From Trichosphaerium sp. ATCC 40318 (Eukaryota > Protista > Tubulinea), in assembly GCA_038496445.1 (NCBI GenBank), contig JALMLS010000631.1:124001-188000 (forward strand): DNA of 64,000 nt. Direction: 5' to 3'. The notes beneath the pieces are model-generated. The model was given only the letters and a program-made list of their open reading frames with translations, was not told the origin of the DNA and did not search any database. The position numbers were made by a program, and so were the translations under genes. Below are positions 49,919 through 61,896 of this stretch, in pieces (within the stretch, counting starts at the first letter, position 1; the number at the start of each line of letters is the position of its first letter).

Positions 49919-50688
49919 GCTTTGATCTTGGTGTTGTTTGTAAAAAATGATTAAATTAGGAACTGTACCTTAATGACTTAACCCACCTTCTTCATAGAAC
50001 ACCCGACGACAATATTTAAAACTATCACTGGGATGCTCGCCTGATAAGAGATAAACGAAAGTACATTCCAGCAACACAATTATTTTTCGCTAACTCAAAA
50101 ACTATCTTGAAATACTATCCTCTCCAATGATTTAGTATCTAATATCACCATACGCCCTCATTCGAACTGTTCGAAAGGGTCAAAATATCGGAGAAACTGG
50201 GACAATCGCGTTTGATAACTAATAATGACCACAACAAGACAAACGACGCCGAAAAAACAGCCTGAGACTAAAATTTGTATCACGTGTTCGAAATCATAAA
50301 AAAAATCAATTCAATCAGCGTATTACGCTTTTTGCGCGTCAAGAAACTCCACAGTGACCAAATATTATTTCGAACAAAGTTCGAACATACCAAAAAACCA
50401 CGAAAAGATGGTACTGGAGGTACTTGCAAGAGTCACAGAATTGCGCGCTTGCTTGTAGTTGCCTAATACAACCGCGCGTTCGCAACAAAAGAGAGAAATT
50501 TTGACTAGAAGCAGTTATATTTATAAATGAGGTGTATGTAATAACAGCAATATGAACGTTACACAAAAAATAATAAAAAATAGAAGAATCAAATTGGCCT
50601 ATACGTTCTCCTGAGGTATTAAAGAACGAAGATTTTTCTTTAAACTTACAGAACAAGCCATACCTAAAGAAATCAGTACAAGAACTAC

Positions 50689-53600
50689 TCAATCTTGCAG
50701 AAAAAAAAAATAGAAAAAAGTAAGAAATATGTGGCGTGACCTACCAACTTGGCTGGCACAATATTCGTGGTATGCCTCACCACTTGGGAAAATAACAAGC
50801 TAAAACCATAAGTGTAAGTCATAAGGGATAGTGTAAAAGGATGTTACGTACACGTGTGTTTGCTGCTCTAGCGTCCTTTAGAGGTATTTTACATATTGGA
50901 CAACCACCTGGTTGTATTTGTGCTATCAAATGAAGTCAATTTCTACTCTTGAGCTTTTAATACTACGTACAGACTACACCCCAATGACAATTTGCTTCCT
51001 CAAAGTATCGAGGTAACGGTTGATACTCAAAATTAAGCATTGCACTATTTTATTGGGTAAATGCAAGTGAGACGGTTGACATGATTTCTTTGTTTTGTTT
51101 GTGTACCTTGAAGAACCAATTGACTCTTTACCCATCTCACTATTCCAAACGAATGGTAATTCTATCTTAGAACCAGCAAGCTCAGTATCATGAACAGTCC
51201 TGTAAATATCGTTAGACCAATCGTTACATCAAAAAGGTAAATGTACATACCTTATTTGTGGTCCCATTGCCGGCGGTCTTTGACTCCATAGATAGCTATC
51301 CATTATTTCAAGGGTATCGTGTACTAATTCGGTTTGTGCAAGCTCTTTTTGCCCCGCAACTAAGAGTTTCTTATACACTGAAGGAGGTATTTCTTGATTG
51401 TGCTAATAATTATTGTAAATAGGTTTTTACTCATGCTGCTAAAGAGGGTTACCTTGTCTAGATTTTGAGCAAACTTTGTTGTTTTAAGTAAGCTCAGTAG
51501 TATAGCTGTAGTATGCTTTGGGCCAACTGCCTCGGTCATCATATCAATAACACTACAAAGTCATGAATAAAGATTAAAAAGATGGTGTAATTTTGTTGTT
51601 CCTAGCACTCTTCTATATCTCTTTGCATGTCACGTACATTGTAATTGTAATCTCTATTACACACCCTTCATTCTTTTCATACATTTCATTGATTTCTGTT
51701 AAAGTATATCGCCAGAAGCTAACAGAGGAAGTGTTCGAATTATCACGCTAAAGAAATTTTGTCATTATCCACCAAGCTAGTAAATCACGTGCCATAACAA
51801 GATTGAATCCCTTTAAATTATCTAAATAAACAGCTATTTTTAGAGCTTCTTTGATTTCACCACTTTTAAGCTGCAACATGAATAACCCACTAATTTAGGG
51901 TTAGAAAAAAATAGGGAATAAAAACATAAGATGATTGTAGGCAGTTACCTAAAAAATCCGGCGTCTTTGCACAGTTCTTTTACGTGTTCATGATTGAACC
52001 AATACCTTGTTGGGTTTTCTATTATACGCATCATGTCCTAAGAACAAAACAGTCAACCAAAAGTAAGATGCAACTGCAGGGTTTTACCTTTTTGTATTTC
52101 CACTCTGATTTATGAGAATGTATTTTTGGATCTCCGTTACTGTCACAAACGTTGTTTTTTGCAGGACAGCCGTGTGTTAAGCATAGGCTCATTAATTTTT
52201 CAACAAGATTTTTATCTTTTCGGCACTTGGAGTGCTCCTTAAACAATAGCATCAGGTAGTTCCTAAACGCTCATTTAGCTTTTCGAAAATTAAACAAAAA
52301 GCACTTGTACGTACAGTTGTACTTCTGGTAGGTCACTACCAAGTGCGTCGTTAAAGTTCCAAGGTTGTACACCTGGGTATTGAGAAGCAGCAAATTGGGC
52401 AGTCTCAAGTGGACATGTATCCAGTAAACCACGAAGATGATTTACAAAAAGAATGATATAGCTTCTTGACTTGATCTAGATAGAATTGTTTGAGCATGTA
52501 TTTAAACGATAGACTAAAGTCAAAAAAAACTATAACTTGAAGCGATGAAACGTAAGGTAGTAACGCACTTTGCTTAGAGCTGCTAATCCATCTCCTTTTT
52601 CCAGCATTTCTAATACTCCATCTTCAATCTGACATTCAATTGATTCGACATTTGTTTCGCGTTCCTTTGTGAATCTAGCAAGACGTATATCCTGAACGAA
52701 CTTGATGCACCCTATGGTCTTGCTAAGGAATAACAGGCATATGTTTTGGATGAAAATAATTACCGTCAAGGCGTTGGCTGTTGGCAATCTTGAAAATCTC
52801 TTCTTCTTGAAGAAAATCCTCATAATTCTCCAAGAAATCTAGGGCTTTAGAATCGCTCCAATCAGCTGTGTATGACGTATCCGCTAATCAACATGTTAGA
52901 GTGCATTTAAAAACACGATAAAAATGACTCGTACATTCGTCAGGAGCCAAAATTTGTAAGTCAAAACATGCAGTAACTAATTCTCCAATCATCAAAGCCT
53001 CTTCGCTCTGAGGAGCAATGACTGAATTGTAACGTTAATAATGAATACATGCTTAGACCACTTACTCTGTGTAAATTGAGCTAACCACGTTCTTAGAGGA
53101 GGACCAAGTACTGCACGACGCCATTTGAGAGGTGTTTCTTTGCCCCGATTTTGATCTTGTTTCTTATACTTCCAGAGAATTTGGTAGGCAGCTTTTGCTG
53201 CATCATTAGATGGTGAGGTTGGTGGTTCTTCTTGTGTGAGTAATTCTTCTTCAATTACTGCTTCATCATCTGTTGGCATTACATCATATTCATCAGAACT
53301 TGATAGACTTGTATCTGTTGCTGATAGTGTAAAAGAATTCTCAGAGCGAAGTTTCATTACATTTTCTGTGAGTGTAAGTTAGATTACAAGGCTACTGTTG
53401 GTTGTTTGTTATACCTCCAACTTCTGTTTTTGCTCTGTTTACAAGCGCTGAGAATTCATCTTTCATAGTTACCAACTAAACCAAAAATGTCAATTCTGCG
53501 AGTAGGAAAACAGTCATTTGTTGGACGCTTACTTTGGCACCCAGACCTCCTGATAATCCACCAGAAAGGCTCGTTTTTAGAGAACTGAAAGAAGGGAAAA

Positions 53601-56387
53601 GAGAAGCTTCTAAAAGAGATTGGTGAGATTTTTGGACAGGATAAGAGGTACTTACTATTTGATCCTTCGTCTGTCTTTTCCGGATCAACTGACTTTGCAT
53701 CGCTGTCTCCTGACATAGGAGTACGAAGTTCCGAAGCAGGAGGAGAAAGACCTACAGTTTCGACTGGTGCTGGTGAGATACTTTGTACGGGCTGAACTGG
53801 CTCTGGAGGGCTAATATCTTGAGGTGGAGTTGCTTCTGGTCGAGGAGCCGGATCTTCTTCTAAAGCTGATGGTGTGTCAGGTCTAAGGTGTTTTTAGCGA
53901 ACGGGTTTTAATCAATTTCTGGGTTACCTTGGCGATGTTGAAGATCCTGCTTCAACTGAGTTATCAGCACTAAGATTTGGTTGATACTGTGGTTTCGTAT
54001 ATTGAGATTTTAGCTTTGGTTTTGTAGGTGGAAGTTCATGGGTTTTCATAGATGAAGATGTGGAAGGAATGTTAACATTCTTTGAAGGAGCCTTAGAGTC
54101 ACTAATAGATACGACACGCCTTTTTTTACGAGATCTTTTACTCCTCTTTGTAGTACTTGAACTGGACATCTTTTCGAAAATGTTAACAATCACGTGAAAT
54201 TTTTGCAATGGATTACCTTTGGTGAAGGGAATGCAGCTCCTTGAGTGATAGGTTTTATATCATAGTTATCAGTTCCACTTGGCGAAGAAGCAATTAAAGA
54301 CGAGCTACTATCACGGCTCACACTAATAGCAGGTACTTCATCCTTTTTTGGTGTTAGTGCTGAGGGTTGAACTTGTTTGTAGTACTTCTGTAGTAAGTTC
54401 GTCAGTTACGCCTCCAGACGTATCACTTGGATTATCACTTACATTCGCTGGCGATGCAGGCTCTCTATTTTAAGGTAAATTACATGACACGAAGAGTCAG
54501 GTATCGTACGATGTTGGTTTAGTAATTATTGGTTCAACAACCTTTTGTTCTATTGGTTGCGGTTGCGCTTCTATGGCAGATGTTTCTTGAGGAGGAGTAT
54601 TTGGAGTTACTGTAATGACTTCATCTGCTTCTTTCCTAGCTTGTTGCTCTGCCTCTCTTTTAACTTTGTCCAAATAGGCCTATAACAGAGTGAGATTACA
54701 GCAAATAGTTAAGCACTGTACAGAATATTTGATTTTGAAAGTGCCATTCTCTGGGAATTTTTCATCATCTGGTTCAGCGTCTTCCATACGTGTAGCAACG
54801 TTTTCTAAGCGTTTGATATCTTTTTCTTCATCTTTTAACACAAGATGGAATATTGTTTTCCAATCACCAAGTTTTACAGCTCTTTGGAAGAACAAGTTAT
54901 CATTAAAGTCAATTTGAGATATCTTAGAGTCTGCGCCTGAATTAAGAAATGTCAGTTAAATGCCTCTAGCACATACTCACCTGAACCCCCGTGAAGGATG
55001 TAAGCGCGTTTTCCGGTAATAGAGACAACCTTAAAGAGAGTTAAGTGACTTGTAAATAATACTTTCCTTACTTGGATATCTGTGAGATCGTAGTGCCATT
55101 GAATTATTTCTTTGTTATCCACATCCACTACAAATATTGTTCTATCCGTCCATGATAATAAACAACTACCGAATTGTTTTATCATTGAAAAATTGACAGC
55201 TTTGCTTATAGGAGGCTTTAATCCTTGCCCATCTAGACAAAAACAAATTTGTCAATTGCAAGGTCTTTCTATGATATTTGTAATGTAAAGGCGTACCTCT
55301 AGATAGTAGAAATATTGGAGGTGTACTTTTTATGCTTTCTTTAAAATTAATAGTCTGCTTCACGGCTCCAGTTTCTCTGCACAACATTTATCAACATTTT
55401 TGTTGCGAATTTAATTTAAGTTATGTGTACCTGTGCGCCCACCATAATCTACGACCTGGGCGTGCAGCTATAATAGCTTCTTCTCCTGTTTTTGATGTGT
55501 AATGACAACCACCATAAAGGCCATCTCTAGGTTTTTTACCTACCTTACAAATGTGTTAAGAATGGCTACAATATTTGATGCGAATATACCTGCATGGCTC
55601 CTTGCTTTGTGAAACTTATAGCAATCAGTTTTGTTAGAGATGAAACCAATAATTGGTTAAGCGTTGCACTGTAACTGAGCTCTACCACGCGTCTAACAGG
55701 CAGGTAAGATAAATAGCCATTAAAAAAAATGGCAAAAAAACCCGCACGTGTTGCATTTAAACAGTAATTCGCTCTTGCCACTGAAGAACGCTTTCAGGCG
55801 TAATCCAACAGGAGATAATGTAACCCTACCAAGCTCATCTCCAGAGAATAGCCTCATGTCGTCTAGACGCGTTAGAGATGCGTTAGGCTGAAAGACAAGA
55901 AGTAACACAAATTAGGGAATTTCTTACCACTAGTCCATACTATTTGCGTCACGGGAGCCTTGTGCTCACTTATTTTAAAGCGTACCTACGATTTTGAGAC
56001 GCTCTTAGAGGTACATTGAAATGTTTGCGTACTTTCGCCTTTTGTCTTGTTTTACCGATATTGTGCTCTACAATGTAAATATTGATGGGCTTTACGGTAA
56101 CAACAGCTAAGAAGCGGTCATCTGGAGCGAATTTGACTTGTGTGATGTGCTGATCTCTAATGTCGCTGTTTGATACCAGTTGAAGGAATGTCAGCGAAGT
56201 AGCTTCGAAAAAATACAAGGTTCCTTGTTACAGCGTTAAATAATGTTACAATGAACTGTTGAGTACCAGTATTTGTGCCACACACTAAGTACTGGCCAGA
56301 ACAATCCAAACAAGTGTAATTGATTCTATTTGTGCCTAGATGAGAGTGTAGACTCTCAATGATACGGTGGTCAAGTACTGATGTCAT
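50689..56387 (-). CDS. HPS5/TECPR2-like WD40 + helical protein with degenerate C-terminal RING-like motif
   Basis: YTCLDCSGQYLVCGTNTG, FSGDELGRV, LLVSSL, VGKKPRDG, AARPGRRLW; C-terminal CPICKIPL...FPSGEAYHEYC. Confidence 0.78.
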
Positions 56388-56619
56388 TATCAGCCTAGCT
56401 GCTTCCCATACATGTCACCCTAAAATTTGTATGAGGTTTCGACTGGAATTTCAATGAACTTGCGACGACACATTGTAATCAAGGCATGACATGAGTGAAT
56501 GTGGTGTCATGGTGTCACACCGTACCTGTAGCAGTTACGCGTCTGCCAAAATAATAGCGATTTACTATTATTGACTGCGCAAGAGAGCTTGAACTTACTA
56601 AGCTACCGTAACAGTCACC

Positions 56620-58045
56620 ATGCTTGCCGCTAGTCGATTTGTTAGAGCTTCTGGTGTAGTCAATGTCGCTAAAACCAAAGTGTATGTACAAATCATTAGT
56701 TACCTCCCCTTAGTACTATTTTAGTGGTAAAACGCGAAAATACTGTACAACAGATGCTACTGAACAAAACGAAACAACATTGGTAGAAGACACTCTCCAG
56801 TTTCAAGAGCTCATGAAGGTAGCGTCTACAGTCAATTTTACGTATAAAAAATTAAATTTGTCCGTTCTAGAGCGAACCACTCGCAGGAGGAGCAGAGCAC
56901 AACATTTGGATACGCGACTTGAGCAAATGGGAAAGACACCACCTGCGGTACGCAATTTCACCATTTTACGTTGCGTAATGATCTGTCTTACAATAAATAA
57001 GTGGTATTGGTGGCCCTGGTAAAGTAAAAACAGCATTGAACTTCCTTGGGTACAAAAACATGAAGCACTTTTGTTCAATTTATTAATTGTCAACGTACAG
57101 TAACGAACTGGGAGCAAAAAATGTCATCAGATCAGACACAGCATTTGCCGAAGACGCAGCTTATGCCTTTCATAGCCTAGCAGATAGGTACAGATAGTTT
57201 TATCATCATTAACAAATGCAACACATTAAAACTGGTTGTTCAGGTTTGGCGAGCATGATATTGATGCTATGCTACCTCAATTGGGACCTTGGCAACAAAT
57301 AAATCTAGAGCGCTGGCAACAGCATTGCAAAGAGAATAACTTGACATGGTACGATTTTTTTAGCTCTAGCTTGTCATTCTAACTCAATTTCAGGGAATAT
57401 AAACTTGATGAAGTAAAGCGTAAACGTACTACAGGTGTACGTGTATACTACGATTATTCCTCTCTGTTATATAGATTTATTACGTTCATATGTATTGGTG
57501 TATAATTTTATTTTAGGTTGGCTTGTTTTTAGAACCTGATGATGACGTACAGAACTTTTTATCACCTAAAAAATTAAAGGCAGATGGAAAATTATACAAA
57601 GCTCAAGATGGCATTGTGTCAACAAATTTTTCATTTGAAGGAGCTAGACCATCTACTACTGATGCCATGTATAAGATTAACGTTGCTGCATATGTAGCAT
57701 TTGAAGTCAAGTGCGCACAAAACAAAAAGTTGATTTTTTTCTCTTCATATTTATTAAATGTCTTTTCTCGTGTTGATCTCTTTTGTGCTTACAATGTATT
57801 TGCTTAGAGAGGAGTTTAAAATTATTGATAATAACACAAAGAAAGCAATTTATACAGCACCTTCAGAATTACATGAACACTGCTGGAAGTTTGTTGCAGA
57901 GAATGCACATGAAGATTTCCGTTGGAAAGTTTTTGATATTAATTTTAATGTCATGTCACGTATGCTCAGCATTGTTAATACTAAGAATGTAACAGTTGGT
58001 CCAAGTACAAAGCCATTTGTTCGCTGGGTTAACGAACTAATGTAA
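56620..58045 (+). CDS. Mitochondrial Tim44-like domain protein (MAIP1/Mba1/mL45-like)
   Basis: Presequence MLAASRFVRASG; FAEDAAYAFHSLA helix; C-terminal HCWKF...WKVFDIN typical of the Tim44-like fold. Confidence 0.6.
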
Positions 58046-58296
58046 TACCAACAGCAAAGCTCAATAAAATATAATAGTAACACGACTTAATGCACTGTTG
58101 ACAACATGTTCGTTGTGTAGGTTTTGAAGTTGTCAGGTTCTGTGAATACAGTTTGCTGATATTAGTTGACCCAGACATTGCTGGGTCGTTTATAGGCTTT
58201 AACACTACATATCTCGCCAGGTACTTGAGCTGAATAGTGTGTATTGTAGAATTTATCTCAATAACGTAATGATTGTGCTGTATCGCCGTCATTCGC

Positions 58297-60247
58297 ATGG
58301 CTCGATTCATTAGGGATGCTTTGCAATTAAATATCGCTAATTGTACTAAACAAACTCGACAACGTAAGAAAACGTTCCAAGCAGATATAAAACGAACCGC
58401 TGCCGTACGTTTTCTTTAAAACAGACATTAAAGCTCAAATGACAGTGTAAAAATTAGCTAAAAGTTCTGACGTGACTTTAAGCGCCTAAACATCAAGAAA
58501 CGCAACGCAAACTTGACACTTGACCAAAAACGAGTAGCTTTTGAAGAGGCGGCAATGGTATTGCGCGTGCACCTCTTCTCTGATTGGTACAACGTAGGTA
58601 TGCAAGATTTGGTACGAGCCAATAAGCAAGTGCAATACTGGCACGTGATTAGCTGTCAAATAATTTTGCAACTAAAATTTACAATTAGGGAGAATCGTAG
58701 TGGGCTGATTACAACTTATCTATTCGAGATTTATCCTGACTACAACTGGGACTCATGGAAATTCAAGTACATTTAAAAAGTGAAAGTAGAGCATGTGTTA
58801 ACAAGAACACAGGGTTGTACCTACTGAGTTTTGGAGTGATCGATTTAATTGCCTTGCTTGTCTCAATTATATTGGTGGTCTATTGAATGTTAAGGTTCTA
58901 GAAGATTGGAATACTATTAGTGCACAAGATTTCGCAAAGCATGGGGCAGGAAAATTGCTCAGGTTCGCCATTGACAAGTAGAAAAAAGCTAAAAGTATAA
59001 CGTGTTTAGTCACTTCGACAGCAGTATTGTGGCTTGTCTAGAGTACGCTTTTCCACATTATCAGTGGAAGTCGCAAGTAAGAAGGACAGGTGAGATATAT
59101 TGGAGTGATACAAAGAAACAGTCAAAGAGACTTGAAGTGATTGGACAGCGTCTTGGTATGAAGACACTAGATGATTGGTATAAAATAGAAAAACGACAAA
59201 TAGTTAGGATGAGTTCACGTGAGATGTTGTACGTGAAATCTATTTACGTGATTGACTGCGCCTTTTCTCACTTGTTTGTAATAGAAATGTTCATAATGGA
59301 TCTGTGTATAATTGTTTACAGACAGCCTTTCCTTCATACGAGTGGAGCCCTTATAAATTTAGAAAGAAAGCCTTTTGGCAGACTTCAAAAAATAGAACAA
59401 ATTTCTTGGGTGAGATAAAGCAACGATTTAACATTACCAACCCCGATGCCTGGTAAGACTTATTATTTCAAGACACGTTGTAAATATTATAATTTAAGGT
59501 ATCGCGTATCTACGGACCAATTAAGGGCATATGGAGGTACAGGATTACTACAGTATTGGCCTCACGTTCTTGGTAACATTGAGCCTAACTTTAAATGGCA
59601 ATGGCATCGTTTTGGGTTCCTTGGAAAACATGCAGAGCAAAGGTTAGTAAATGACATATCATTTAGTGATGGGGCTAAGTGGATATTCTTAGGGCATTGG
59701 CACAGTGTATCAGGGAGATATTTCCACAAGCGGAGGTAATAGAAGAAGCAACAATAGGTTTACAAGGAATGAATTATACGCGGATATCTGTTGATATTTA
59801 TGTACCACAATATAGCTTAGCTATAGAGTATCAAGGTGTACAACATTATAGTGATACATTCAAATGGCATAGTGGGATGCAAATCTCAGAAATACAAAAA
59901 ATCCGAGATATGGAAAAGAATCAACAGTGTAAAAATGCGAGTACGTTTGGAACCACTTTGTCCTCTACAGATGTTGTTAGCAACTCACCTTGTATTTATT
60001 AGATATACACCTTGTTCCTATCCCGTATTGGTGGTCTCCAGGTGATATAGGGGCGCTTATTGCAACAATGATGTACTACTATCCAGATCTTGGATTGGAA
60101 ATACCAAGTGGTGCTGTTCCTTTGCTTGAGGAGCCTCAGGATAACAAACGTGAGTATTTTAAGTTTATCAAGATAGCTTTACTTACTCACTACCGATTAG
60201 GTAGCCCACTCATGGTGCCTCCTGCAGAAATGAACACATTTGCATAA
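58297..60247 (+). CDS. Trp-rich tandem-repeat protein (4 repeats) + C-terminal PD-(D/E)XK (Vsr/DUF559/RAP-like) nuclease domain
   Basis: Repeats 'W.D.......L..IG..L....LDDWY.I.......G...LL......L...FP.Y.W'; C-terminus ISVDIYVPQYSLAIEYQGVQHY...RDMEKNQQC...IHLVPIPYWW. Confidence 0.85.
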
Positions 60248-60374
60248 AGGGAATAATTTTATTCAAACCACTAAACCTTAATTCAACATTCCATTTTATT
60301 ACGAATTATAGTTTTATTCTTGTGTTAGTCTCTTGTTGTCCTTCATTTGTACTGGCTTTGTAAATATTATAAGA

Positions 60375-61729
60375 TTACAAGTACTTCATGTGGAATTCAA
60401 TATGCTCTTGTATGAATGTAGAAATAAAGAAGTAGCTATGATCATAACCATCTTGCATCCTGGAAAATGTACAATCAGAAAAAAATAAATGAAATCAAAA
60501 GCTGTACCTGACATCCAATGCAACATTTGTATTTCCTTTAGCGGCAGCCTTAAACAAATGTAAAAATCTACACCAAGTACAGACAATAGACTTACAGTAA
60601 GGTTTTCAGGTAACAGTTGCTTCTTCCCCAAGAAACCATCAACTGTACCCTACGCAAAGTTGTTACAACAAATACTGAGCCCTTCTTGGATAATCCTGAT
60701 CCTTCGTAAAAGAAAACTGTTCACGTGATTACCTGGTCAACAAGAATTGGTAGAGCGTCTCCTTCTCGTTTGTAACTCTTAATCAATTCGGTAGCATCAT
60801 AAGCCTAAGTCAAGAGTAAGAATATTGGCGTTTTTTTTCAACCGAAATTTCAAAAACCAGAAAAATAGAGCACGTGCCTTCCAATCTTCTTTGTTGCTTC
60901 CAAGGTATCCCCCAAAGCATTTTTCGCCCCATGGGCAATTTACTGGGTTACTTATAGGAGCAAATGCGGAAACACTCTATACACAGTCGTGTGAGAGAAC
61001 GTCGTGTGAAAAATAAAAATACCTTAAAAGTGTTTGTCTTTAAACCAATAATAAGAGCACCATGGCCGCCCATTGAATGTCCTGTGATACCTTGCCTGTT
61101 AACGTCTACTGGTGCAAGAGATTCTACAACTTTTGGAAGCTCTTTTGTTATGTAGGAGTACATGCGATAATTTTTCCACTTTGGTTCAGTGGCGTCAACG
61201 TAGAAACCAGCGCCAGTGCCTAGACTGTTGTAAATAGATGTAAAATTGGTGTTCCTCTCCTAAGACGCTATGTAGTGCACACAAAAAGATTTAAGCGGTA
61301 ACGAAGTTGTGAATATAAACGTACCAAAGTCCCAACTCTCGTCTTCACCTTCAACGCCTAGTCCTCCTTTTGATAACAATAAGCGTTTAGAAAAAAAAAA
61401 AACCGAATGACACGCACTTGGTGAAGTGTCTGGAGCGATTAGAATCAACCCCTTTTCTGCAGCGTATTTCTGGGCACCTGCCTTTTGAATAAAGTTTTGA
61501 TCTGTGCACGTCAAGCCTGACAAGAAGTAGAGGACTGGGTAAGCTTTCGACGCCTAGGTATTTAGCTATTATTACGCCCAATAATACGTACAGCGTCTTT
61601 ATCATTAGAATCGAAAGGCAAATAGATGTGAAACTTCATTTTACAGCCGAGTTCGGTTGACATATGCTCATAGCGATCTACTGAACCTCCAAAGCAGCGT
61701 GTTGAGTCTAGTTGTTTAGGTGCTTCCAT
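60375..61729 (-). CDS. ESD: S-formylglutathione hydrolase (esterase D)
   Basis: [54 protein letters not shown]. Confidence 0.97.
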
Positions 61730-61896
61730 TGTTTTTTGTAACTGAAAAAATACAGTTTAAGTCGCACCACGCCTTGTACCAAGTTAAAAGCCGTTAATAG
61801 TCCATGCACAGAGTGAAACTACTCACCAGAGATTGATCCACACGCAAATTAAGAGCACCTGTCAACCAACGTGAGCTATGCGTCATTTGATGATTT

